Counted from the first letter of the whole stretch, positions 1 through 12,337 are shown. The stretch: DNA of 55,731 nt, filler included, from Jimgerdemannia flammicorona (GCA_003990765.1; 3 parts of 3 records of this genome joined end to end with filler, not necessarily neighbours in it); one strand, 5' to 3'. A program made the numbers and translations. The notes: generated by a model from the letters alone, not told the origin.

Positions 1-523
1 ACAAGTAGAAAGGACCAACAAAACCCTCAAGAATGTTATCGCCAAGATCTGTGATAACTACGAGAACTGGGATCACTATCTGCCAATAGCATTATCTGCT
101 CTCCAGGATATCTGATCACAAAGCACCTACTTTACCCCTCGAGAAATGCTATTCAGAGAAGAATGTTCTCAAGGAACCCTATCATCTAATAGAGATGCTG
201 TATGGAAACATGTGGACATGGAAATATGGAGACTACACCAAATCAGGAAGAAGGCCGAGAATTACATAACCAAGGTGCAGACACTACAATGGAGGAATGC
301 AGAAAAGACCCACAAGCCCTTGGAAATTATCAAGATAAGAGATAAGGTCCTAGTGTATCAGAATATAGTAGAAGCTTCATGGTCACAAAAACTGGAGCCC
401 AAGTGGGAAGGACCATACCTTGTGTAAGATATAAAAGGGACCACCTTTTCGCTATGAAAACCCTCAGGCACAATAATCCCCACCACTATTCACCGAAACC
501 AACTCAAGAAATATCATGGCTAG
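1..523 (+). pseudogene. Ty3/gypsy LTR-retrotransposon integrase, C-terminal part
   Basis: Frame from base 2 reads QVERTNKTLKNVIAKICDNYENWDHYLPIALSAL...TPREMLF (integrase core end), then DKVLVY...KLEPKWEGPYLV (GPY/F module) to ...HRNQLKKYHG, stop TAG 521-523. A few in-frame stops. Confidence 0.9.
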
Positions 524-629
524 TAACAAAAGTACTGCAATGGCACTCAAGATCACTAGTGCTGCCCAAAGAGCCATCAAAAGACAATGGTACACCATCA
601 AGCCTCCGACCATAGAGCTATACTATACC

Positions 630-2378
630 TCTCTAGCGGGTCATAGGAGTGGAGCTGGGGGGGTAGCGACTGAGGCAGGGACTGCTGATGGGGGTGTGAT
701 GGGTGATCTGGAAAAAAATCTAGATGGGACTGCTGATGGTGAGCTGAGCGGTGGGAAGGGCACAAGGCCCAGGGACCTGGTGGATGGTATAACGGGACTG
801 GTGGTGGCTCTGTTACTCAAGAAGTCAATCTCACTGTTCGCAGTCATGCTGTGCTTCCAGGGCTTAGCAGTGATGGCAAAAATGGTGTTGGGGCTTATCG
901 CTAAGCAGGTGGTGGGAGCAGCTTCGGTGAAGTTTCTGAAGGGACTAGAGGGGGTGGAGGTGGGATTTGAGGAGGTTGAACCACTGGAGGAGGTGCTGAA
1001 GGTTGGGTTGGTGGTTGGGGAGGTGTGTGTTCTGATGGCAAGGTGTCTGAAATGGGATCTGAGGGTGGTCCAACTGCTGGTGAAGAGAGTACCCATGGTG
1101 ACGTCGATGGAGACGAGGAAGAGAGTGAAGGATGTCATGGCGGAGTATGGAGAGGTGGTGGATATCGGGTTCAGGGTCTGGGAAGGGACCATGCTCAGGA
1201 CTGGGGATGTGGATGTGAGGATTCGGCTGGCTGGGAAAGAGGCTACTGGGAAGACAAGGGACTGGCCTTCAGTGTTGGTCTGGGGAGCTTTCCTGTGCAA
1301 GGTGACGTGGGTGAAAGGAAGTGAAGAAGAGGAGGAAGATTTATTGGAAGCACTGAAGGAGCTGGATAGGGCTGTGGAACGGTAAGCTAAGGCCTGGAAG
1401 ACTTTCGAGGAGTCAATGCTCCTGGAGGTGGTGGATGGAAAGAGAATTCGAGTGGACAAGGTGCAGTGGGAAAGGGGTCAGGGGCAGAAGAGGCAGAAGG
1501 ATCTGCTGGCTAAGCTGGGGGGTGGACCACAGAAGGATGCGAGCATGAAGATGGGTGCAGAAGGGGCCAGAGCAAGTGTCTGGACTGGTGAGAGGAGTGG
1601 GAACGATGGAGCAAAGTCAGGGAAGGCTAAGGAGGTGAAGATTAGCAACCTATATGCTGATGGCACCTTGGAGGTTTGGGATGAAGTCTGGGAGAATTCC
1701 CCCACCCCTTCCCCTCTTATCAGGCATGGCCTGGCTTCCAGGAACAAGTCTGGGGAGGATGTGACGATGCTGGGGACCCAGCAGGTGAAATTCAGTGTTC
1801 TGGAGGTATTGGATGGGAACCGAGTAGTGGCGGCAGGGGAGGAGGAACTGGTGGATATCCCAGAGGTATGGGATGAGGACGCGAGTGTGGAAGCTGACAC
1901 CACGATACTGGATGGAGGGAGGCTGGCGACCCCTGGTGGAAAGGAGATGGGGAACCTACTTTGGATGTGCCGGATGATGAATATCCTGGTGGCAGAAGAG
2001 CTGGGGGAGGTGGACTTGTGTGGGATGGATGATGAGCACTGGACAAGAATTTTGCAGAGGGAAGGAGTGGCGATGATGCTGAAGGCAGAAATTTTCGCAG
2101 TATATCTGGAGGAGGAAGGGTATGAGGTAGATAAGGAGAGGGAGGCAGAGTTGGCAGTGGTCGCTGGGGAGAAGGCTGAGTACTGTTGGAACAGGTGTCA
2201 TGGGTTGCAGCTTTGGCAGGAGGCTTGCATCAAGTACCGAGAGGAGTTTGAGGAGAAGGCTGATGAGGAGATGAATGAGCTGTTGGCTGGACTGGAGGCT
2301 CAGAGGGCTGAAGAGGAGGAGGTGATGGCTGAACATAATCTGGACACAGTGCAGAAGGAGAGGGGCATGGAGCAGTAG
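630..2378 (+). pseudogene. LINE ORF1 (RRM-like core, acidic helical C-terminus)
   Basis: ORF-track pieces 516..1385 and 1416..2378 share one frame. VQLLVKRVP...EYGEVVDI...LRTGDVDVRI...WPSVLVW resembles Tx1/L1-type ORF1 RRM segments and recurs in the other copies. Confidence 0.8.
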
Positions 2379-2408
2379 GGATTGATTGAGAACAAACTGT
2401 ATTTTACT

Positions 2409-5400
2409 ATGAACAGTACAACCAACATTTTTTCTTTGAACATGAATGGGCTGAGGGGTGCGGTTCAATGCAGGAACATTTTTATTTGGTTGAAGGGATT
2501 GGAGGCTGATCTCTTTCTCTTGCAGGATGTCAGGTGCGAGGATGATACTGATAGGATAGAATGGACTAAGGAATGGGGTGATATGACAACTTGGAACAGC
2601 AAGGTCGGGATTCTGGTTCGGAAAGGCAGAGGGGAGATAAAGGATGTGAGGAGCTGGGGGGAGAGACTGGTCTGGGGTGAGTGGATTCATGCAGTTTGGG
2701 AGCCGATCACTGTTGGCTCCTGTTACTGCCCTGCTGTGTGGGGGGAGCATGTGGATTGGGTAAAAGGGCTCCTGGAGAGTGGGATCCTTGCTGAAGCTGG
2801 GTTGGATATGTTTGGAAGAGATTTCAATATGGTTTGGGATGTACAGCTGGATAGAACTGATGGAGGACAGGGTGCGGAGAGCAGGAGTGGGGGGTTAGCG
2901 ATGTGAGAGGAGGTTGAATGGCTAGGAACACTGGTGGATGCTGGTAGGGAGCACTGTGGGGACAGGGGGGTATATACGCATTGGGCTGGAGGTCTGGGGA
3001 CGAGGATTGACTGGATTCTGACAGCCGACTGTTTGGGCTGTGATGTTTGGAAGGTGTTAGAGGTAGAATGGTGTCCGTGGTCAGATCACTGGGGCCTCTT
3101 AGGACAGGGGTGTTTTGGGGGAAGTAGGGATGGGCCTGGACATTGGTGCCTAAATTCCTCCTTGTTGGATGATGAGGTCTGGTGGGAGGAGTGGGCGAAA
3201 GACATTCAGCTGAAGGTGGCGAATTGGTGGCAGGAAGAGGCCACATTTGGGGTTCGGTGGATGAGGATGAAAGAGATGGCCAGGATGTATTGGAGCGAGG
3301 CTGGCAGAGTGGCTGGGAAGCAGCGAAGGCAGAAAGTGCATTGGGCTTCTACTAGATTGGCTAGGCTCCTGGAGGAGTGGGCAAGACTGGCAGCAGTGGA
3401 GGGAGAAGAGGATTGGAGAATAACGAGGGTGAGGATGGAGGTTGGGGAACTGCAATAGATGCTGCAGGAAGAGGAAGAGTCAAGGGTGCAAGGCCTGGTG
3501 GCATGGCTTTGTTGGCAGGGGCTGGAGGAAGGAGAGAGGCCTTCCAAGTTTCTCACAAGGACACTTCGAGCAAGAAGGATACAGCAGTGGTGGGAAGAGG
3601 TACTTGGCTCAGATGATGTACTAGTGCATGGTGTACAGGACATCCTTGGAATGCTGAAGGCGTGATAGAGTGGATTGTGGAGAGAGGAGGAGGGTGGGGC
3701 AGATGCTACAGCCATTGACCAAACATTGGAAGATTGGCACCCACTACAAGCTGAGGGACTAGGTGACCTGGTGATGCCTGTAAAGGAGGATGAGATCCAT
3801 CAGGTTCTTGCCGCGACAGCCTTGGGTACAGTGCCTGGGGAGGATGGCCTCCCTTGGGACTTCTGGAAGCAAATGGTTGGAGTCCTGGGCATATTGGGGG
3901 AGTTGACAACACTGTGTGACTCTATATTGCAGTCAGGGAGATGGGTGGGGGAGCAAGACCTTGGGCTGGTGATGCTGCTTTATAAGAACAAGGGAAGACA
4001 AGAGGATTGGAAGAACTGGCAGCCGATAATGTTGCTAGATATGGACAGGAAGCTGGTGACTAAGGTGGTGGTCGCAAGGCTACAGAAGGTAGCCCAGGAA
4101 ATTGTAGGTGTTGAGCAGAGGGACTTCATAGGGGGTCGGCTTATTAGAGATGGCACGGCCTGGGTACATGAAGTTATTGAAGGTGCTCGAGCCTGTGGAC
4201 TAGATGGGCGTCTTGTCTTCTTGGATCAAGAGAAGGCTTATGACCAGGTGCGGCAAGTCTGGCTGGCGAAAGTATTAAATAGAATTGGAGTTCTGGGCCC
4301 ATTTCAGTCAGCAATGGTCAGCCTACTGGAAAGGAGTAGGGCTGCGCTTGTGTGCAATGAGCATCAAGGGGTGGCTTTCCCTCTGGGTAGAGGAGTGCCC
4401 CAGGGGGACCCACTGTCCCCCATTTTGTATGCTCTTTTCTTGGAACCTCTGATGGACAGGATTTGGTGGAAGATCGTGGGGCTCTCTATCTATGGCATTG
4501 GCTGGAAGGTTGGAGCCTTTGCGGACAATATGGTGGTTGGTTTGGGAGTAACTGTGGATGTCGAGGAGCTCCAGAAGATAGTGGAGTGGTATGAGGAGAA
4601 CTCTGGGGTAAAGCTGAATTGGCACAAGTGCGAAACAATGGTACTGGACAATGGCTTGGTGGGTGGAGAAGTTATTGGAACAATTGTCCCTACTGGAGAG
4701 GCAGTGCAGTACTTGGGCATCTATTTGTCAGTCTATGGGTCTGTTTTGCCCAGGCTGTGGTGGGAGCAAAGGATTGGAATTTGGGAGGAGGACCTGCGGG
4801 GTTGGGGGGGTCAACACTTCTCTCTGGCAGGAAGGATCTCAATTTTGAATGTATACTGGCTGCTGAAGCTGTGGTACTTGGCCTATCATCTGGACTTCCC
4901 AGCCTGGGTAGTGAAGAGATTGGTGAAGGTGGCCAAGGGATGGATTTGGGCTGGCAGATGGAGTCAGATTGGTTGGGAGACTTTGTCCCTACCGGTGGTG
5001 AGAGGTGGTCTTGGGCTGGTGGACTTCCCCAAATGACTACACTGCTTGAGGGCTTGGTGGCTGAGGAGGGCGGTGGAGTTGCATGGAGGGGGCTGGGTCC
5101 CCCTGCTGCAGAAGATATGGGAGAGGCAGACATCGCCTAGAGGCTTGACTGGTGATCTTCTTTCATTGGTTGGACTTCAGAACACTGCGCAACTGAGATA
5201 TAAAGACTTCTGGTGGGGGATAGCCAAGGGGGCACACTGCATTGGTATTCGCTGACAAGGGGATGAGGGGGAGAGGGCTTGGGACCCGGCAATGTGGAGA
5301 TGGGATAGCATTCTTCTAGGAGGCATGCCTTTGCTGGAGTTCAACATTAGTGATGGCATTGAATGCCAAAGGGGTCCAGGCCAGGATCTGTGGCCTAGTG

Positions 5401-6094
5401 GTTGGCAAGGAGTTGGAATTGGTGAGGAGTGGGACTCGCATGGGGTTTGGACCTGGAGTGCCACAGTGAAAAATTGGATACTGCTGAAGTACTGGATAGT
5501 CTGGTGGCATGTACTAAGGAGGAATGTGATGCTTAACTTCCGCTCAGGACACCTTGTTGTAGGGGGCTGCTTTGACTGCGAGGAGTGCCATAATGTCGGG
5601 CAGGAAGGGGGATTGGTACAGACGCCGGAACATTGGCTAGGGGAGTGTGAGATGTTGGGAGACTTTTGGCAGGCCATTGGGGACCACTTGGGGGTAAGGT
5701 GTAGGGGTGATGATGTATGGGGGAGGTGGGAGGACCTGAGGGATCGATTGATAGGAGGGGTTGGGGAAGAGTGGATTACTCTAGGCTGGGCAATGGCTAT
5801 TTGAGTTGGGCTGGCTGGCTACTAGCTATTTGAGTTGGGCTGGCTGGCTACTGGCTATTTGTATTTGAGGAGGAGAAGCGACCGAGCTTGGGGAGCTGGT
5901 TAGCAAGGTGGCAGTTCCTTATGGAGGATACCTTGACAGGCTGGTAGCTTGGTTGGGGGCTGCAGGGGGGTCAGCGGTACTGCTTGGTGGTGAAAATCTG
6001 TGGTCAGAGTGGTGGGAGAGTTAGAGTTGTTGGTGAGAGGGTGGTCTTTATATGTGATGAGGTGGGGTGGGGCCACCTGATGGGGATCGGATAG
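2409..6094 (+). pseudogene. LINE ORF2: APE endonuclease, reverse transcriptase, C-terminal zinc finger
   Basis: EN motifs SLNMNGL, (G)DFN, RIDW, SDH. RT motifs PGEDGL, NWQPIMLL, DQEKAYD, GVPQGDPLSP, AFAD(N/D), YLGI. Zinc finger CFDCEEC...TPEHWLGEC. Ends GIG-stop 6092-6094. Interrupted by stops and a 29-bp tandem duplication at 5796-5853. Confidence 0.95.
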
Positions 6095-6183
6095 TGGGTG
6101 GTGATATTGTATACTTATTCATAGACTGGTAATAAAGACGGAGTCCAAGGGACTATAAAAAAAAAAAAAAAAAAAAAAAAAAA

Positions 6184-7807
6184 TTATTCAAAATGTAGAT
6201 CTTTGTGAAGTGCAAATCACTATCTCAGTTAGAAATAGAGTTGTATCTATTCAGAAAACTTATATGGATGGACCTTCTCATACTCATGGACTTCAAGAGA
6301 GTGATATGTTGAAAGCTCCCAGAAAAATCACTACTTTTTTTAAAGAAGAACTTCAGAAAGGTTGTTATGCACTAATAGTTAAAAATGTGACAAAGTGGCA
6401 ATTTGGAGATGATAATCTAGAATTAGAATTTGTTAAAACAAAAAAACTTATCAATATTCAATGTGGATTTCTTGGTGGAATTAATGTCAAATTTAATGGT
6501 GAGAAGATACTGGATGATGATTTGAAAGAGACAGCAGAATGGCTCAAGTTAAACAATTATCAATCTGAATTTTTCACTCATAGTATTTATTATGGTTTAG
6601 TATTTACAAATGGTGAACATCTGGATGCTCTTTGAACATGCAGACATTTAGTATTAATGGATTCAACATACAAAACAAACAAGCATAACTGGAAACTTTA
6701 TATACTATTGCTATATAATTCTTTTGGAGCATAGATATTAGGTGGACATTTCTTTATTAGTAAAGAAAGTGCTCAAATAGTTGCAGCTAGATTAAAATAT
6801 CTAAAATAGTAGGCATTAACATGGCAACCTCGATACTTTCTTATTGATCAATCTGCAATTGAAGAAAAGGCAATTATCAACATCTTTCTTAGTATCAACA
6901 GTGGTGAGCAAAATGTTGATATTTATTTCTGTACTTGGCATCTTCGACAAACACTTGATCATCAAATTGGTAGCTTTTCGGAAAGTCACCATTTGATAAT
7001 TTAAGCAATGTATAAAATATCAAAAATAGGCTATGAACAATTAGTAGCTCAGGTGATTCAAAAAATACCAATGTGACAAAATTATCTACAGTAAAATTGG
7101 GCAGATAATACAGCAAAATGGGGAATATAGAACTGTCAACATTTACCTCTTCTTCTTCAAACAACTGCAACTAGTGCTTTAGAGTCTTATTATACAGTAT
7201 TGAAGAGAAAGGGAAATGGAAGCTTTGAAATTATCAGTATATGTAAGATTATAGACCAAGTTGATAATGAATATCTCAACAGAGCTGCTGTCAACCATTA
7301 AAACTTTTGGACAAATCAATTACAGAAATGTTGATTTATCTCTTTCTGAAGAGCTTTCCACATCTAGTTCAACTTCTTATATTAGGTAAAATTCGAGCCT
7401 TTGAAAAATGATTTGAAGAAGGTAAGACAATGTCTGATCATACTACTATAGAGTACTATTGTTAATTTTTTCAAAGATATATGCTTCTATATAAACACCT
7501 CTTTCATCAGAATATTAGCCAAGACTTTCTTACTGATGTACATTGGGAGTAATTCCAAAGTATGTTTACTGAGTCAGGTCTCCATATTTATGTCAGTCAC
7601 ACTCAAGTAAGAGAACTGCCAGAAGAAGAAGATCCTTTGCAAGTAGTAGTAGAATATCAACAGCTGGAGTTTTATTCTATTCAAGATCAATTACATAAAC
7701 ATTGGTTCCAACTTGAATCAGAATTTATTCAAACTAGCAATCAAAGTCAATTACAAAATCTTATAACACAAATATATAACCTTTGTTTAGAAAATAGACA
7801 AAACTAG
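6184..7807 (+). pseudogene. Mutator-like (MULE) transposase, degraded
   Basis: MDSTYKTN (6657), FLIDQSAIEEKAI (6837), FCTWH (6927), LLQTTATSALESYY (~7150-7190), decayed SWIM finger EYYC*FFQRYMLLYKH (~7450-7500). Confidence 0.88.
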
Positions 7808-8044
7808 ATCATATGTCAAAATTGATATTTGTTTTTTAACTAGTTTTGTAATACTCACTTCTATAGCACTTTTTTTTTTATATTTCTGATAAGGCAAGAT
7901 GATAAGATAGTTGTGATTAGAAATGGAGAATGAGGATAGATGATTCTATTATATTATTAATAAATAACTACCATACTTTTTGAAATCTTAAATAGTGAGA
8001 GATATAATTCTTTTGGTATGTCAAGGAAGACAAGAAGTCTATGA

Positions 8045-8780
8045 ACTCATACTGATTCCCCTTCATACTGAAGCCCTCATACTGAAGCCCCATGTCAAAG
8101 CCTCATGCAGAAGTCCCCTCATGCTGAAGCCTCATACAGAAGTCCCCTCATGCCAAAGCTCCCCCTTATACCAAAGTCCTCTCATGCTGAAGCTCTCCCT
8201 CATGCTGAAGCCCTCTCATGCTAAAGCTCTCCCTCATACTGATGCCCTCTCATGCTGAAGCCCCTCATGCTGAAGCCCTCTCATGCTGATACTCCCTCAT
8301 GCCAAAGCCCTCTCATGCCAAAGCTCCCACTCATGCCAAAGCTCCCCCTCTTACCAAAGCCCTTTTATGCTGAAGCTCCCCCTCACACCAAAGCCCTCTC
8401 ACACTGAGGCCCCCTCATGCTGATACTCCCTCATACTTACACTGATGCTCCCTCATGCTCATGCCCTCATACTGAAGCTCCTCTTATGCTGAAGCTCTCC
8501 TCATGCTAAAGTCCTCTCATGTTGAAGCCCTCTCACACTAAAGCCCTCTTATGCTAAAGCTCTCCCTTATGCCAAAGCCCTCTCATGCTAAAGCCCTCTC
8601 ACACTGAAGCTCCCTCTCATGCCAAAGCCCTCTTATGCTAAAGCTCTCTCTCACATTGAAGCCCTCTCATGCTGAAGTCCCCTCATACTGATACTCACTT
8701 ATACTGAAGTCCTCTCATACTAAGCTTCCCCTCATGCCAAAGTCCTCTCATGCTGAAGCCCTCATGCTGATGCTCCCTCA
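8045..8780. repeat. Minisatellite, ~17-21-bp unit CTCATGCTGAAGCCC(T/C)
   Basis: Dozens of degenerate tandem units such as ctcatgctgaagcc, ctcatgccaaagcc, ctcacactgaagct. Confidence 0.92.
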
Positions 8781-8879
8781 GTCATCAGAATATAGTACTT
8801 CAGAACTCAGTAGAGCAGGGGCCTATTAATTTACAGTATAATAACAGTATCAGAGAGGGAGACAATATTATTCAGTGAG

Positions 8880-9495
8880 TTACAGAGACATTCACTGACC
8901 AGATAATAAAATAAAATAAATAGAATGGTCATAAGGCTTTAGTCACAGAGATATTCACTGACCAGATAATAAATAAAATAATAGAATAGTTATAAGACTT
9001 CAGTCACAGAGATATTTACTGACTAGATAATAAATGAAATAAATAAAATGGTCATAAGGCTTCAGTCACAGAGATGTTCACCAACCAGATAATAAAATAA
9101 AATAAAATAAAATAAAATAAAATAAATAGAATAGTCATAAGGCTTCAGTCACAGAGACATTTGTCGACCAGATAATAAATGAAATAAATAGAATGATCAT
9201 AAGGCTTCAGTCACAGAGATATTCATTGACCAGATAATAAAATAAAATAAAATATAATAAATAGAATGATCATAAGACTTCAGTCACAGAGATGTTCGCT
9301 GACCAGACAATAAAATAAAATAAAATAAAATAAAATAAATAGAATAGTCATAAGGCTTCAGTCACAGAGACATTCACTGACCAGATAATAAATGAAATAA
9401 ATAGAATAGTCATAAGGCTTCAGTCACAGAGACATTTGCCAACCAAATAATAAAATAAAATAAACATTCACCAATAAGATAATAAATAGAATGGT
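8880..9495. repeat. Tandem array of ~9 units (60-85 bp): conserved core plus variable (AAAAT)n
   Basis: Core TAGAATRGTCATAAGGCTTCAGTCACAGAGAYATTCACTGACCAGATAAT is repeated, separated by (AAAAT)n runs of variable length. Confidence 0.92.
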
Positions 9496-9499
9496 TCCC

Positions 9500-11585
9500 C
9501 TCCATGCAATTATAGTATAACACTCAGCATATACCTCTCTTTCTCCTCCAAAGCTCTGATCAACTCATTATCTGTAGCTTCTGCCTTCTCCTCAGCCTCC
9601 TCTCTATTATCCTCACAGATATCTCACCATATCTTTAGTCTATTCTTCACTAACCAGTACTCCTCAACAATGGTATCTGTCTCCCTCCACAACTCTACCT
9701 CTCTCTAGACATCTATCTCATACTCTTTCTCCTCTAACATGACTGAGTACCTCTACCTGCAATTTGCCCACCACATTTACTTCTTCCAAATACTATTGCT
9801 AAATCAATTTTTTCATAATTTGGAAATCCATCTCCCCCAGTTTGTCTGCCACCAAGTCTCCCAGGATCTTCATAAGCCATGCCACACCCCCAATTGATTC
9901 CCCCCCAGGAGTCCTTGGCTGCTCTATCTCCACTCAACTATACTCTCTCTTAGAGTATTCTTCATCCTCCTCCTCAATATCAATTAGGCCTTTCTCCTCA
10001 GTTCCAATGACCATATCCCCAAGCCTCACATTAGGAACACCAAATCAAATATTCTAAATCCCTCTCATAACAATGTCTCCCTCTACTCCTGTACCTCCAT
10101 TATCTCCTATTACCCTCTCATTCAGTATCTTCCTCTCCTCTTCCTTCTTATCTAAGTCCATAAAGGAGTCAGGATCATTTTCCCCAATGAGTTTCTTACA
10201 CCCTGGGGTATGCTACAAGGATTCCAGTCTCCCCTCTCTCTGTCCAATCATTCCCTTTCCCCCCCTCTTGTTTTCTCTATAGCTTTCCAACAACTCCTTC
10301 TGCATATACCTCTCCTGCAGCCTCTCCTATACCTTCTTATCCATCCTCACTTTCCTCCCCTCCACCTCTTTCACTACTGTCTTCTCCTTGAAAACCTTCC
10401 AAGCTTTCTCTCTCTACTCAACAGCCATCTCCATCTCCCAGAGTACTGTCAATAGTTCCTCTTCCTCTTCATCTATCCCCTTTACCCAAGAGACCTTGCA
10501 CTCAAATGGCTCCCACTTCAGCACCTTCAGCCAGTCCCCTTTCTTCTCAGTTACCTCTCTTCCAGCTATCTGCAGTTGTACTTCCACATCCCCTGTCCTG
10601 AACTTTGTTCCTTCCCATAGCTGAAATCCAATATTGACTACATCATCATACTCTCTCATTACCACTCCAATCCTACTTTTCATCTCCTCTATAGATATCA
10701 TTGTGACCCCCTTTACTACCAGGTACACTACTCTCAGATTTTATCTGAGATATCTTGACATCAGCACTACCACCTTGCCCACCTTCAGCCTCTTCTCCAT
10801 AGCCTCTACTAAGTGCTGCTCCTCCATAAATCCAACTTCCACACCCTCCAGCTCTTTCAAGAATTTCACCAATACCATCTCCTTTATCTGCTGTCCAAGT
10901 ATCTCCAACACTATTCTAGCCATCACCACCAGCCCTCAGAAGCTTAGTATAATAGCAAATTCTGAAATCAATTTCTTGAGTAATGGTGCCACCACTAGTC
11001 CCATTACATTATTAGAGAGATCACCCTTCCAGGTCCCCCCTGAGTCCTCAGCTGTTCCCTTCTGCCCATTAATAGTTATATCTTCTTTTTTTCTCTAATT
11101 CACCATTATGCCTCCATCAGTAGTCACTCCACCAACACTAGTCATGCCCCCTCCAGCCCTTCCCTTCCCTCTATCAGCTAGTGCCTCTCCCACTCCTCTA
11201 ATCTTTCCCTTCCCCTTTCTCATCATTTTCCATCCTTCAGTTTCATCATCTCCTCCTCCATCCTTCACAGCCACTACAAAACTCACTGCTCCTCCATCTT
11301 CTCTCACACTGCTTGGCCCTTGTCTACCTTCTCCAAGACCTCTGCCATTCATCAGACTAAAGAACTCTCATCCCATATCTATCTCCTCTTTTCCATACTA
11401 CTATTTGAATGCCCCACTCCTGCCAGATCTAGTATGCCCACCAGAACCTTATCTCATTATTATTTTCTTAGTTGCTCTTTATAATAAATAGTTGAAAAGT
11501 ATATCAAAAGTATGCCAGAAATTTATATAACATGAGTAATAGCTGTTGAAGATGTAGAAAATACCTTATAAATAGAAAGAAATTT
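9500..11585 (-). mobile_element. Divergent-subfamily LINE, 5'UTR and ORF1 only, heavily decayed
   Basis: Minus ORFs 10414..10728 (YDDVVNIGFQLWEGTKFRTGDVEVQLQ) and 10741..10929 (VKFLKELEGVEVGF) match ORF1. Ends near the ORF1 C-terminus at the tandem array. Boundaries approximate. Confidence 0.8.
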
Positions 11586-11589
11586 ACTT

Positions 11590-11591
<2 letters not shown>

Positions 11592-11623
<32 letters not shown>

Positions 11624-12337
11624 CCTTTGTTTTTTTTTTTTTTTTTTTTTTTTTCTTCTATAGGCCTTGGTCCTTATTCATTCACTATCTATATAAATAT
11701 TAAGTCTTCATACCACATCAGTAGCCATCTCCTTACCCCAGCTCCATCTTACTCCAATACTTACTCTTCTATCTAGTGCTCCCAACAAATTGAATTGAAT
11801 TGAATTGGACCCAAATTTGATTTGATTCAAATCAATTCAAATTGAGATCCAATTCAATTTGAGGTCCAATTCGAACTCTATTTTTAGAAATTAAATAACT
11901 TGACAAATATACATCCAAATTCAATGAGTTTTAGCTTGTTAAATTCCTCTTATATAGGGGAATCTAACAAGCTAACGATCATTGAATTTGGACATATATT
12001 TGACGAGTTATTATATTTCTAAAAATAGGGTTTGAATTAGACCCTCAATTTGATTTGAACTCAATTTGAATTGAAAAATCCCCAATTCAATTCATTTGGG
12101 AGCATTACTTCTACCTATCTCTACTCTATTGAGCACTACTTCTAATTCCACAACCTCTACTCTTCTCCCACTCTTATTATATATTCTTTTCACAAGTTTC
12201 CATCTCTGCTCTCTCTGACCTCCCTACTCTTTCTGCCATCCTATCAGGATGTCTATTAAAAGTTATTCTCATCTTACCAATTTCTCACTCTCCATCATCC
12301 CACTACCCTCCTCAAACACTACTTGCCAATGTCCCAC
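11592..12337 (-). mobile_element. Old LINE copy, 3' end with poly(A); host of a MITE and of LINE A3
   Basis: Poly(T) 11592-11654, then a 3'UTR homologue. Minus translation VGHWQVVFEEG...LLIDILIGW...LVKRIYNKSGRRV matches the ORF2 end. Confidence 0.8.
11774..12107. mobile_element. hAT-type foldback MITE, 334 bp
   Basis: Termini TAGTGCTCCCAA...TTGGGAGCATTA. 8-bp TSD cttctatc (11766-11773) / cttctacc (12108-12115). Interior is a long imperfect palindrome centred near 11950. Confidence 0.88.

Larger units (their letters stand above)
630..6183 (+). mobile_element. LINE copy A1 (L1/Tx1-like non-LTR retrotransposon), 5'-truncated in ORF1
   Basis: ORF1 remainder, ORF2, AATAAA 6131-6136, poly(A) 6157-6183. 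The 5' junction (~630) is placed by alignment with the copy near 43915. No TSD found. Confidence 0.93.

Noticed and set aside
516..1385. 289-aa ORF as a real gene
   Set aside because: It is a junction chimera of gypsy-side sequence and truncated LINE ORF1.
2376..2411. ORF1-ORF2 fusion by stop-codon readthrough
   Set aside because: In frame only in A1 and A3; four other copies have a 31-nt spacer.
8880..9495. CRISPR-like repeat-spacer look
   Set aside because: The spacers are (AAAAT)n runs rather than unique sequence, no cas genes are present and the context is eukaryotic.
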